NCBI GenBank assembly: GCA_003233455.1
Contig: QILQ01000012.1
Location: 4,441-68,440, forward strand
Origin: Candidatus Zambryskiibacteriota bacterium
Lineage (GTDB): Bacteria > Patescibacteriota > Minisyncoccia > Phycocordibacterales > WO2-35-19
Length of the DNA stretch: 64,000 nucleotides
Direction: 5' to 3'
Shown one piece after another: positions 27,475-37,537 of the stretch (position 1 is its first letter; each line of letters begins with the position of its first letter). The notes beneath the pieces are model-generated. The model was not told the origin of the DNA. It ran no database searches and saw only the letters and a program-made list of their open reading frames with translations. Made by a program: the position numbers and the translations under genes.

Positions 27475-29649
27475 ATGAAAAAAATAATTATTCTTTTTAT
27501 TGCATTTTTAATAATATCTCCCAATTTCGCTTCTGCATCTACAATTAATAACTTACAAGAACAAATAAGATCTCTGCTCGCGCAAATTGCCTCACTTCAG
27601 CAACAACTATCACAACAAGTAGGTCAATCTGAACAAAAAATTTATACCAATACAAATAGAAATACATGCCTTTCACTTACCAACAATTTATCATATAGAT
27701 CAAGAGACTCTTGGACAAACGGGGAAGTATCAACATTGCAAGATTTTCTTCAGGTAAAAGGATATCTAAGCTCTGAACCAACGGGGTATTTTGGCCTTCT
27801 TACTCTTGAGGCGGTAAAGAAATTTCAAATCGCAAACGGTATTAGCCCAGTTCAAGGGTTTGTAGGAGTTCTCACTAGAGCAAAACTTAATTCTATGAAT
27901 AGTTGTGCTAAAACAACCACCAAAACAAGTCCAATTTCAACTTCAAACCAAATACACACACTTTCTATTCTTTATCCAACCCATAATGCTTCGTTTATCG
28001 GTACTGGTCCCAGTACAGTAACTTGGACTGATGGCGATGCAAACGGAAAATATGCTATTAAAGTCACTGTTATAAATTCTGTTGGGTATTCTTCAGGTAC
28101 AAAAGTTTTCTCCACTACCCTTACTAGAGAACAATCGGGGTGTTCGGCTAGCGATAAATGTTCCTACTCATTATCAGTAAAAATAGCTGGAACTTATCGT
28201 TTAAGTGTCAAAAATCAAACCAACGGAGTAAGCGATACAGTAAACTTTACAATTCAGGCAAATACAATCTCTCAAGTTCCTTCTATAACTATTCTTTCAC
28301 CTTCACCAATGGGAGTAAAAGGGGGGTTAGATATTGATCCAGGTAGTAATTATACTATTCGATGGACATCAACCGAGTTAAATAAAGTAAAACCTTACTT
28401 ATGTACTTATTCAGGAAGTTGTAAAATTTTAGGGAATGTACCCAATGTTGGTGTTAATACTTATTTAGGTTCTTTTAATTGGTATGTTGATCCAAATCAT
28501 CCATATTTTCCTGGTTATAATTTACGAATAAAACTTGAAGATGCTTCAAATAGTAAGGTGTTTGCTTATAGTGGTTATTTTGATGTTATTCCTATAATTG
28601 ATATAGCTCCTCAAATTCTTTATCCCAAGGGTGGTGAGATACTACAAGGCAACATAACAAATTTTATTTCTTGGAATCCAATATCATATTCCGAAACATT
28701 TGATGTATCAATTATAGGAATTGATTCTGGAAATAGTTATTTAATTATTCAGAATGTACCAGCTAAAGCAACTGATAAGCAATCAATCCAGTGGACACCT
28801 AAAACGGGGATGTACGAAAAAGATACTCGGTTCATGGCACAGGTGTGCAGAACAGGAACAACTCTTTGTTCAAAAAGTAATGGTTTTACTATTAACTTTC
28901 CAAACACTTCACAAACTCAACCATCTAATGGTAATTTCTCCATTTCTAGAAGTTCATTTGATTTCAAATATACTCAAGGTGAAAAAACTCCTCCACTTCA
29001 AGACCTAACTTTTACCAATACCTCTAACACGAAGATTACCTATACTTTAAAAGTAGACAACAAACCTAACTGGTTAAATACTAGCTATAATACAGACTCT
29101 GCAACGGTTTGGCCCGGGACAGTCACTGGCTTGCATGCTCTTGTTGATCCTGTAGGTTTAGCTCCAGGAAATTACAAAACAACCCTCTCTATTAATGGAA
29201 ATTTTACCAATTCACCTATTTCTATTCCAATTACCTTATCTGTAGTTAGTAAACCTACCACATCTAATGTAACCCCCCCAACCAACCTTACCGGCTCTTG
29301 CCCAGCACCTTATACTAAAGCAAATGTTAGTTGGGTCGCTAGTGGATACAGTCCATACTATGTCCGCATGAATCCTGGTGCTTATAATTACACATGGCCT
29401 TTGTCTTCAGGTGGTATAGTAAATCAAGTGACTAATACTAATTGGAGTTTTCCTACTACTCCTGGGAAACATTATACTTGGTGGTTAACTGTCGTAGATC
29501 CTAAAACTGGCACCATGACCGATAGGGTTGTTTATGATTTGTCTTGTGGAACCCCCCCTACAGCTACCACTCTAAACTCCAATCAAATGGCGAATGTTTT
29601 GATGTCTGTTTCGGCAATTTTAAAAAACATACTAAAATCGTTGAGATAG
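27475..29649 (+). CDS. Secreted protein with peptidoglycan-binding (PG_binding_1-like) domain and Ig-like repeats
   Basis: Signal peptide, coiled coil, then TLQDFLQVKGYLSSEPTGYFGLLTLEAVKKFQIANGISPVQGFVGVLTRAKL. Confidence 0.45.
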   Translation: MKKIIILFIAFLIISPNFASASTINNLQEQIRSLLAQIASLQQQLSQQVGQSEQKIYTNTNRNTCLSLTNNLSYRSRDSWTNGEVSTLQDFLQVKGYLSSEPTGYFGLLTLEAVKKFQIANGISPVQGFVGVLTRAKLNSMNSCAKTTTKTSPISTSNQIHTLSILYPTHNASFIGTGPSTVTWTDGDANGKYAIKVTVINSVGYSSGTKVFSTTLTREQSGCSASDKCSYSLSVKIAGTYRLSVKNQTNGVSDTVNFTIQANTISQVPSITILSPSPMGVKGGLDIDPGSNYTIRWTSTELNKVKPYLCTYSGSCKILGNVPNVGVNTYLGSFNWYVDPNHPYFPGYNLRIKLEDASNSKVFAYSGYFDVIPIIDIAPQILYPKGGEILQGNITNFISWNPISYSETFDVSIIGIDSGNSYLIIQNVPAKATDKQSIQWTPKTGMYEKDTRFMAQVCRTGTTLCSKSNGFTINFPNTSQTQPSNGNFSISRSSFDFKYTQGEKTPPLQDLTFTNTSNTKITYTLKVDNKPNWLNTSYNTDSATVWPGTVTGLHALVDPVGLAPGNYKTTLSINGNFTNSPISIPITLSVVSKPTTSNVTPPTNLTGSCPAPYTKANVSWVASGYSPYYVRMNPGAYNYTWPLSSGGIVNQVTNTNWSFPTTPGKHYTWWLTVVDPKTGTMTDRVVYDLSCGTPPTATTLNSNQMANVLMSVSAILKNILKSLR

Positions 29650-29707
29650 AGTGATTAGTATATAAATTAGTTATTATCCATTTAAATTTATTAAATAAAT
29701 AGTACAT

Positions 29708-30445
29708 ATGATCAATCAACAAATACTTAATTATATTAAACAACAACTTAGTCAGGGTGTAACCGAGGAAAATATTAAAAGAGTACTTCTTCAAAATAGT
29801 TGGGGTAATGAAGATATAGATAAGGCTTTTTCTATACTTCACCCCAAAACTCCAACACCTTCAGTACCTTTACCACCATCCTCCTCTGTATCATCAAACT
29901 TGTCGACAAAAACAGAAAATAGTTTATTTATAAATAAGCAAAAAAGATTACACCCTAAAGCAGTCTGGTTGTTTTTCTTTAATAGAATTATTTGGTGGAC
30001 ATTTGTTGCTATTTTCTTAGGCTGGGAAGGAGCGAGTATTCTCAATAGTAATAATACAGAATTAAAAGTATCTTTTAATGGATTATATTTTGTATGGTTT
30101 ATTATTATTTTTGTGATAATAATGATTATTGCTTACATTGTCGCTAAATTAACTTATCATTTTTATAAATTTGAATTGACTGACAGTGAATATAAAGCAG
30201 AACGAGGAATAATTTGGAAAAGATACATTTCTATTCCTTACGAAAGAATTCAAAATGTTGATATATATCGAGGAGTTCTTAATAGATTATTTGGTTTAAG
30301 TGATCTTAATATTCAAACTGCTGGATATGGAGCAGTTGGAATGGCAGGTAAAGGTGGAAGTGAAGGAAGATTACCTGGATTAAGTAAACAAGAAGCAGAA
30401 TTAGTACGAGCAGAACTTATTAAAAGAGCTAAAAGTATAAAGTAA
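29708..30445 (+). CDS. Bacterial PH-domain (YdbS/YdbT-like) membrane protein
   Basis: TM hairpin then ...IPYERIQNVDIYRGVLNRLFGLSDLNIQTAG. Confidence 0.45.
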   Translation: MINQQILNYIKQQLSQGVTEENIKRVLLQNSWGNEDIDKAFSILHPKTPTPSVPLPPSSSVSSNLSTKTENSLFINKQKRLHPKAVWLFFFNRIIWWTFVAIFLGWEGASILNSNNTELKVSFNGLYFVWFIIIFVIIMIIAYIVAKLTYHFYKFELTDSEYKAERGIIWKRYISIPYERIQNVDIYRGVLNRLFGLSDLNIQTAGYGAVGMAGKGGSEGRLPGLSKQEAELVRAELIKRAKSIK

Positions 30446-30470
30446 ATATTTAGAAAAAAATATTTAATAT

Positions 30471-30914
30471 TTAATTCTTATATATAACAAAAAAGGGAGC
30501 CACAAGTGACTCCCTAAAAAACAAACCAACCTCACCGTCCAGTTTATCCCTTACCGTTGGGGTAAATCCCCAGTTTCCTCTGAAAAGTGGTAGTGTCACA
30601 CTTTCCATTAGAACAAACCGTAAAGGTCGTCGGACCAACAGGTGGCATGCCTTCCTTTGGGAAAACTGCGACGCTTCCCGCCAGCGATTGGAGAATTTGG
30701 TCGCCAGCAGAGAACGACCGATGATAACCACCGCGTCGTTAGGGAGTGGTCTGGTCATGATAGCGTAGCGACCATCATCCATTATTCCCTCGCTTCCAAA
30801 CCACACCTCTTCTGGTAGTGGTCCCCACGGATCCACCACCACAGTGGATTTTTCAATCTGTCCACTGTTAATGCGGATTGCATCAATGGGACAGATTCGT
30901 GGCATAATATACAA
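30471..30914 (-). CDS. Hypothetical protein on a GC-rich island (composition unlike surrounding genome)
   Basis: 147 aa ORF with clear GC excess, starts RICPIDAI...; own terminator; next to IS remnant. Confidence 0.35.
   Translation of the reverse strand: MYIMPRICPIDAIRINSGQIEKSTVVVDPWGPLPEEVWFGSEGIMDDGRYAIMTRPLPNDAVVIIGRSLLATKFSNRWREASQFSQRKACHLLVRRPLRFVLMESVTLPLFRGNWGFTPTVRDKLDGEVGLFFRESLVAPFFVIYKN
30489..30520. terminator. Bidirectional terminator hairpin
   Basis: AAAAAAGGGAG-ccacaagtga-CTCCCTAAAAAA. Confidence 0.5.
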
Positions 30915-31002
30915 AAACGTACTCCTAAAACAACCATTTCATGTTATGGTTAAGCTATATAAGTAACATTTGTTAATTAACATGATTAAAAAAACACACT
31001 AA

Positions 31003-31865
31003 ATGCCCACAGTGCGGGTCTTTTTCAATTATCAAAAAAGGACTTAAAAGAAGAGTTCAAACATACTTTTGTAAAAATTGTAGTAGAGGTTTTAGTAGTC
31101 AGAGAAGAAAGAAAAACATTTTAATTAAAAAAATATGGAAGGATTATGTTTTTTTCAAACAAACATTAAGAGAACTTAAATATAAACACAAAAAGGATAA
31201 AAGAACATTAAGAAATATTTTAGATAATTACATTCCTTTAATTAAAAACCACAAACCTAGATTAATACATCTAATTGTAGATGCTACATATTTTGGAGAA
31301 AGGAAAGAGAAAACCAGTTGATGTGTAGTTGTTTTTAGAGATCTCAAAAGAAAAGAAAACCTCTGGTGGAACTTTTATAATACCGAAACCACTTCCGCGT
31401 ATTTAGAAGGAAGAAAATATTTAGAAAATCTAGGATATAAAATACTATCAATTACTGGAGATGGATTTGGTGGTATCAGACAAGCTTTTTATGGTATTCC
31501 AGGTTCATATGAAAAGATTAGTAGTTAAAGGAACTACCAATAATCCTCAAACTGAAGCTGGTCGAGTCCTTCTAGCTTTGATTAAAACATTACCCAATAC
31601 AGACAAAAATACTTTTAACAGACGCTTGTTTAAATATTCCATTAAATATAGAAACTTTTTAAATCAGAAATCAATTAATCTAGAAACTGGAGAAATGTTT
31701 TGGACTCATAAACCATTAAAACAAGCTTTTAATAGTATTCTTGGACTTCAAGAGTTTTTGTTTACCTATGAAAATAATATAAATATATCAACAACCACTA
31801 ATTCACTTGAAGGTCACTTTAGACAGAAATTGTTTCTGTTCACTGTGGTCTTTCTAGAGTATTAA
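31003..31865 (+). mobile_element. Degraded IS1-family insertion sequence: zinc-finger InsA-like part plus frameshifted DDE (InsB-like) transposase
   Basis: CPQCGSFSIIKKGLKRRVQTYFCKNCSRGF zinc ribbon; DATYFGER and ITGDGFGG motifs; C-terminal TTNSLEGHFRQKL; three reading frames needed, so pseudogenised. Confidence 0.5.
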
Positions 31866-31995
31866 AACAAAAAATATTATATTCCATTTTTTTGGCTTCC
31901 ACTATTGCTCCAAACAAAAAGAAACTTGATGAAATTCTATAAAAAAGAGTACGTTTTTGTATATTATGCCAAAAAATTGAGAAATAATTAAAAAA

Positions 31996-32721
31996 TTACT
32001 TTTGGTTTTTTATCTGTTTTCTAATATAGACATCTTGGGCTATACCAAAAACATTACTAACAAACCAATAAAGAGCCACCACTCCAGATATTTTCCAAGA
32101 AATGAAAAATACTATAAAGGGCATAGTATATTTCATTTGTTTAGTCATTATTTTTGCAAAATCTGGTTTCTTGTTTGGATTAATTTTAGTTGTTTTTGTA
32201 TCTCCCATTGATTTAGAAGCTAAGTCCATCTGCCAATAACTGGTAATAGCGGCTAAAAAAGCTAAAATAATACTTTTTTGGGAAACATCTATAAGACCTA
32301 AAAATTTCATAGAGATATCTGTCGGCACTTTTATAAAAGAATATAAGAGATTGGTATCAATATTCGGTAAACCTGATTTAAAAAATATATAATAGAGAGA
32401 AAATATAATGGGAATTTGAATAATAACAGTTAAAATACTGGAAAAGGGGTTGATATTGTTGGTTTTATAAAACTCCATCGTTTTAACCGCTTGCTCTTGT
32501 TTATCTTTATATTTTTCTTTTATTAAAGCCAATTCTCCTTCTTTCTCTTTCATTCTAGTTTGGGTAACGGTAGATTTTTTGGAAATAGGGTAGAGAATTA
32601 GTTTTACTAAAATAGTCAAAATAACGGTAGCGACACCAACATCAATCCAACTTACATTTAGAATAAGAATAAGAATATTATAGAGTGGCGTATAAATAAT
32701 CGTTTTAAAGAAAGCTATCAT
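31996..32721 (-). CDS. yidC: Membrane protein insertase YidC (short form)
   Basis: 241 aa, conserved position after rnpA, multiple TM helices. Confidence 0.75.
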   Translation of the reverse strand: MIAFFKTIIYTPLYNILILILNVSWIDVGVATVILTILVKLILYPISKKSTVTQTRMKEKEGELALIKEKYKDKQEQAVKTMEFYKTNNINPFSSILTVIIQIPIIFSLYYIFFKSGLPNIDTNLLYSFIKVPTDISMKFLGLIDVSQKSIILAFLAAITSYWQMDLASKSMGDTKTTKINPNKKPDFAKIMTKQMKYTMPFIVFFISWKISGVVALYWFVSNVFGIAQDVYIRKQIKNQK

Positions 32722-32722
32722 T

Positions 32723-33052
32723 TTATTTTATTAATTTTGATTTTTTGAGTATAGATTCTAAGTTTTTAATAATTTCCTCATTATTTTCTGGTATTTTTCT
32801 AAAAGAAAAAAAATTAACAGTATTTGATTGTATTTTAGGAATATATTTTTTTAACAACCGATAACCGACGCGTCTCATTTTATTCCGCGTTACCGCGTTT
32901 TTAGCCACTTTTTTAGAAATGGAAAAACAAAATCTGGAAGATTTACTGTTTTTAAAAATAAACTTCAACACAAAAAGGTCATTTTTAAAAATTTTAGTTC
33001 CATTTAATAATGGGAACATTTTTCTAGGAATTCTTCTGTTTTTGGGAAACAT
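32723..33052 (-). CDS. rnpA: Ribonuclease P protein component
   Basis: FSISKKVAKNAVTRNKMRRVGYRLLKKY; rpmH-rnpA-yidC order. Confidence 0.75.
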   Translation of the reverse strand: MFPKNRRIPRKMFPLLNGTKIFKNDLFVLKFIFKNSKSSRFCFSISKKVAKNAVTRNKMRRVGYRLLKKYIPKIQSNTVNFFSFRKIPENNEEIIKNLESILKKSKLIK

Positions 33053-33058
33053 TAAAAA

Positions 33059-33193
33059 TTAAACTGTTAGCTTTTTACGACCCTTTTGGCGACGCTTCTT
33101 TAACACCTTTAAACCACCCACACTTTTGCTGCGTTTTAAGAAACCGTGGCTTTTTGCTCTTTTTCTTTTTTTAGGTTTATAAGTGATTGACAT
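33059..33193 (-). CDS. rpmH: 50S ribosomal protein L34 (not in the ORF track, 44 aa)
   Basis: Hand translation MSITYKPKKRKRAKSHGFLKRSKSVGGLKVLKKRRQKGRKKLTV. Confidence 0.85.
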   Translation of the reverse strand: MSITYKPKKRKRAKSHGFLKRSKSVGGLKVLKKRRQKGRKKLTV

Positions 33194-33290
33194 AATACCA
33201 AACTTTATCAACTGATTATTCACAGATTATAAACATATTTGATAATAAATACAAGTTCCATAAATATTATTTACATATATAATAAACAAT
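33194..33290. promoter_or_regulatory. Candidate oriC / dnaA promoter region with DnaA-box-like site
   Basis: AT-rich divergent rpmH/dnaA intergenic region; TTATTCACA at ~33218. Confidence 0.4.
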
Positions 33291-34634
33291 ATGGACACCA
33301 AGGAATTATGGAATAATATCCTGTTGGAAATAGAGACCTCTGTCTCTAAAGCTAATTTTACAACATGGTTTAAGGAAACTAAAATATCCGGATTTGATAA
33401 AGGAACAATATATTTAAGTGTACCAAACACTTTTGTCCAAGAATGGTTATTGAAAAAATTTCACAGTCTTATATTAAAACTTTTAAGACAATCTTCCGAG
33501 TCAATTCATGCTCTTGAATATGTGATAAAAGAAGAAAGTAAACAAAAAAATCAATATGTGCCGACTAAAACCATACTAGCAACAAGAGAATTACCCTTGT
33601 CTGAACACTATATCAATAAAGATAATAATTTAAATCCAAGATACACTTTCGAATCTTTTGTGGTTGGACCATTTAATGAGTTAGCGAACGCCGCCGCTCA
33701 AGGTGTATTAAAAAATTTAGGAGTAGCTTATAATCCACTTTTTATATATGGTAATACTGGACATGGTAAAACTCATTTAATTCAAGCGGTTGGTAATGCT
33801 GTAAAAGCGATAGATTCATCAAAAAAAATATTTTATTTTACTTCTGAAAAATTTGTTAATGATTATATAAGTTCGGTTCAAGCAAATAAAGTGGATAAAT
33901 TTAAAGAAAAATATAGAAAATATGATATGTTGATAATGGATGATGTTCAATTTCTTTCAGGAAAAGAGAGAACCCAAGAAGAGTTATTTCATCTTTTTAA
34001 TATAATGAAAGACAATAATAAACAAATAGTTTTTTCTTGCGACAAACATCCAAATTTTGTAAATGGTTTAGAGGATAGATTAAAATCTAGGTTTGCTTCT
34101 GGTATGATTGTTGATATACCAGCACCTGACCATGAATCAAGAGTGGCAATTATCAGATCTAAATGTGCCAGTATAAATCTTTTTATAGATAATGAAATTA
34201 TTGATTATTTAGCTGATTCAATAAAGGGTAATATAAGAGATTTAGAAGGTGTAATAAATTTAATAGTTTGTCAAACAGAAACTAAAAATAAAACTTTAAA
34301 TTTAAATGAAGTGAAAGATTTAGTTAAAAATAGTATTAAACAAAAAAAATTATTATCTTATAAAGAAGTTATTAAAATAATAACTGATTTTTATAAAATA
34401 GAGGAAGAGATGATATATAAAAAAACCAGAAAAAAAGAAGTTATAAAACCAAGACAAATAATAATGTATATATTAAGAGAAGATTTTAGTATATCCTATC
34501 CATCAATAGGTGAGAAATTAGGTGGTAGAGATCATACCACAGTAATACATTCATGTGAAAAAATTAAAAAAGAGGTTAAAATTGATATGCTTTTATTAAA
34601 AGAAATACAAGAAATAAGGTCAATTATAGGTTAA
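33291..34634 (+). CDS. dnaA: Chromosomal replication initiator DnaA
   Basis: Walker A GNTGHGKTHL, ...LMDDVQFLSGKERTQEELFHLFN, C-terminal DNA-binding domain. Confidence 0.95.
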   Translation: MDTKELWNNILLEIETSVSKANFTTWFKETKISGFDKGTIYLSVPNTFVQEWLLKKFHSLILKLLRQSSESIHALEYVIKEESKQKNQYVPTKTILATRELPLSEHYINKDNNLNPRYTFESFVVGPFNELANAAAQGVLKNLGVAYNPLFIYGNTGHGKTHLIQAVGNAVKAIDSSKKIFYFTSEKFVNDYISSVQANKVDKFKEKYRKYDMLIMDDVQFLSGKERTQEELFHLFNIMKDNNKQIVFSCDKHPNFVNGLEDRLKSRFASGMIVDIPAPDHESRVAIIRSKCASINLFIDNEIIDYLADSIKGNIRDLEGVINLIVCQTETKNKTLNLNEVKDLVKNSIKQKKLLSYKEVIKIITDFYKIEEEMIYKKTRKKEVIKPRQIIMYILREDFSISYPSIGEKLGGRDHTTVIHSCEKIKKEVKIDMLLLKEIQEIRSIIG

Positions 34635-34812
34635 TTAATTGTTAATAATGTGTTTAAAAACTGTGTTAATTATGTTATTAAAAAAATTAAAAAAGAAGTT
34701 ATAATTTAATTATAAACATTAAATAAAAATTAAAAAAGAAATAGGAGTTTAAAAATAAAGTTTAAAAAAGAAATCCACTAATCCACAAGTATATATAAGT
34801 AATTAAAATAAT
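34635..34812. promoter_or_regulatory. dnaA-dnaN intergenic AT-rich region with DnaA-box-like repeats (second oriC candidate)
   Basis: AAATCCACTAATCCACAAG contains two near-consensus TTATCCACA-like boxes. Confidence 0.35.
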
Positions 34813-35916
34813 ATGAAATTTGAATGTAATAAATTAAAAATAGAAAAAGCTTGTCAAAAAATACTAAAATTAACTGATAAACATTTAACTTTACCGGTGC
34901 TTACTTGTGTTTATTTAGATATTTTAAGTAATAATAAACTTATTATAAAAGCGACGAATTTAGATGTTGGGGTAGAAATTGAAATAAAAATTAAAACAAT
35001 AGAAAAAGGTATTATAACTGTTCCAGCTAATATTTTGTTGGGAGTATTATCTTCTATTAAAGAAAATAATACTTTAATTTTTGAATCTAAAGAGAATAAT
35101 TTTAAAATATTATCCAATAAAAATTCAGTGATTATTAAATGTTTACCCTATGAAGATTTTCCAAGTATTCCAAAATTAGAAAACATAAAACCAATAAAAA
35201 TAAATTGCCATAATTTAATATCTGGGTTTAAATCTGTTTGGTATAGTGCTTCAAGTTCAAATATAAAACCAGAGCTTTCAAGTGTTTATATATATAAAAA
35301 AGATGATAAATTAGTTTTTGTTTCTACTGATTCCTTTCGTTTGGCTGAAAAAAAAATCAATACTAAAATACCAATTAATTTTCCTCAAACTATTATTCCA
35401 TATAAAAATGTTTCAGAAATAATAAAATTATTTGAAGATTATAATGGTGATATTGATGTTGTTTTTGAAAAAAACCAAGCCGCTTTTATTACAGAAGATA
35501 TTTATTTAGTATCAAGATTAATAGATGGAACTTTTCCAGATTACAAACAAATAATACCAAAAACATTTAATACTACTGTTACGGTTTTAAAAACTGATTT
35601 AATAAATTCTATTAAAACATCAAATATTTTTTCAGATTCTTTAAATCAAATTAAATTAAAAGTGAATGTTAAAAATAAATCTCTAGATATAGAATCAAAA
35701 AATAATAATATAGGAGAGTATAAAGAATCAATTACCGCTTCTGTTTTTGGTGATGATTTGGAATTAAATTTTAATAATAAATATATATTAGATTGTATGC
35801 AATCTATCCCTTCTGATAGTTTAATTTTAAGTTTTGATGGGGTTGGTAAACCACTTGCTATAAATGGAGCAACAGATAAAAGTTTCCTTTATATTGTAAT
35901 GCCTATGAATAGATAA
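34813..35916 (+). CDS. dnaN: DNA polymerase III beta sliding clamp
   Basis: 367 aa directly after dnaA. Confidence 0.85.
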   Translation: MKFECNKLKIEKACQKILKLTDKHLTLPVLTCVYLDILSNNKLIIKATNLDVGVEIEIKIKTIEKGIITVPANILLGVLSSIKENNTLIFESKENNFKILSNKNSVIIKCLPYEDFPSIPKLENIKPIKINCHNLISGFKSVWYSASSSNIKPELSSVYIYKKDDKLVFVSTDSFRLAEKKINTKIPINFPQTIIPYKNVSEIIKLFEDYNGDIDVVFEKNQAAFITEDIYLVSRLIDGTFPDYKQIIPKTFNTTVTVLKTDLINSIKTSNIFSDSLNQIKLKVNVKNKSLDIESKNNNIGEYKESITASVFGDDLELNFNNKYILDCMQSIPSDSLILSFDGVGKPLAINGATDKSFLYIVMPMNR

Positions 35917-35999
35917 TCTCACTTTAAAATACCTCACCTTAGTCCCTCTCCTATAAATACAGGAAAAGGGAGAAAGAAAGGAAAAATAATTTTAAAAAA

Positions 36000-36248
36000 A
36001 TGAATAGTATTACTAATTTTTTACAGAAATTTTTAAAATTTGAGAAAGATAATAATATAAAATTAGCTATTATTTTAGATTGTATAAAACAAGCTACAAA
36101 TATAGAGCTAACCAGGGAGATGTTGGAAATAAGAGGGGATAATTTAAAACTAAACTGTAATCCAGTATTCCGAAACGAAATTTTTATGCATAAATCTAAA
36201 ATAGAGGAGTTATTAAAGGTTCAAAAGATATTTTTAAATATTGTTTAA
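36000..36248 (+). CDS. Hypothetical protein
   Basis: 82 aa ORF. Confidence 0.25.
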   Translation: MNSITNFLQKFLKFEKDNNIKLAIILDCIKQATNIELTREMLEIRGDNLKLNCNPVFRNEIFMHKSKIEELLKVQKIFLNIV

Positions 36249-36454
36249 AAACATCCTTAGCCTCTACACATAGTTTTACTGTAACTATCCCTAAAGAAAT
36301 TATTAGGAAATTTGGGTGGCGGGAGCATCAAAAAATCTCTATTGAAGACAAACCTCGCAAGAGGTTGGAGTTAAAGGATTGGAAGAGGAAATAAAAATAA
36401 TTAAATCTAAATAAAATATGAAAACTTGGACATTAAAATTTAGAAAAACTTAAA

Positions 36455-36757
36455 ATGAAAAAAGTTTTTAAAAATGATAGATACAAGAAAGATAGAGGGG
36501 GATATTCTAGATTGTTAGAAATTTCTTGTCAGAAATGTGGTGGACATATTTGTCATTATCAAAAAGATGGACCTGGTGCTTTGAGAAGAATATATGTTGA
36601 TAGGATTTTTGATTCAAAAGTATCTATTTCTAAAAAAAATCTATCTTGCTTGAAAGATCATTTAATTGGAATAAAAATTATATATGAAAAAGAAAAAAGA
36701 CCCGCTTTTAGACTGTTTGTAGATTCAATTACTAAAAAAATAATTAAATCTAAATAA
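36455..36757 (+). CDS. Hypothetical Cys-containing (zinc-ribbon-like CQKCGGHICHY) protein
   Basis: 100 aa ORF. Confidence 0.3.
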   Translation: MKKVFKNDRYKKDRGGYSRLLEISCQKCGGHICHYQKDGPGALRRIYVDRIFDSKVSISKKNLSCLKDHLIGIKIIYEKEKRPAFRLFVDSITKKIIKSK

Positions 36758-37037
36758 TCTAAATAAAATATTAAAATTTAAAGACTGGAAGAAGAGTGTT
36801 CATTCCATAATGAATTAGGACACTTGTAATACAATTAATTCTATAAAGAAAAAATTAAAAAATTTGGAATTCTAGTTTTTGAACTTGAATAATTTAATCT
36901 GAACATAAAAAATAGAAAGATTTTGAGGTCTTTTTTATCCACAGAATATTTGACTTTTAGATTCTAAAATGTATATAATGTTATTGTATCAATACGAAAA
37001 AGACCCGAACGGTGTAGTGCCTAAGGGGCTTTTTTAT

Positions 37038-37529
37038 TTATAAGACTATTTTTGATTTAATATCTTCTTTCTCAAGAGAGTCATAAAATTCACCGCCTAA
37101 TTTTTTATATAGAGAGGATGCAAATTCAGTATTTGGAAATAATATTTTTTCAAATTTATCTTTTTTAATAAGAAAATCAATAAGTTTTTTATAATCCCCA
37201 TCTCCAGAAACAATCACAATTTTATTAAACTTTTCTTGTTCTACTAATTTTTTCATTATCGAAAACACAATATCACAATCAACGTTTCCTTTCTTTTTGC
37301 CTTTTAAAGCAGAGGAATGTTCTCTAAAAGATAATATAAAACCAGCTTTTTGGAGATGATTGTACAAATTTTGTTCCTCTTCAGAAATAAATCCTAAAAA
37401 ATAGTAAGCTTCTGTTACTTTATATTTATCAAAAAGATATTTTCTAAATTTTTTGTGGTTTATTGACCAATTTTTTTCTTTGGTACCCAGATGTAGGTTT
37501 TGTCCATCAATAAAAGCATAATTATTCAT
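37038..37529 (-). CDS. NYN-domain (LabA-like, PIN-related) protein
   Basis: MNNYAFIDGQNLHLG...IVIVSGDGDY; paralog at 48260..48658. Confidence 0.6.
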   Translation of the reverse strand: MNNYAFIDGQNLHLGTKEKNWSINHKKFRKYLFDKYKVTEAYYFLGFISEEEQNLYNHLQKAGFILSFREHSSALKGKKKGNVDCDIVFSIMKKLVEQEKFNKIVIVSGDGDYKKLIDFLIKKDKFEKILFPNTEFASSLYKKLGGEFYDSLEKEDIKSKIVL

Positions 37530-37537
37530 GTAAATAT

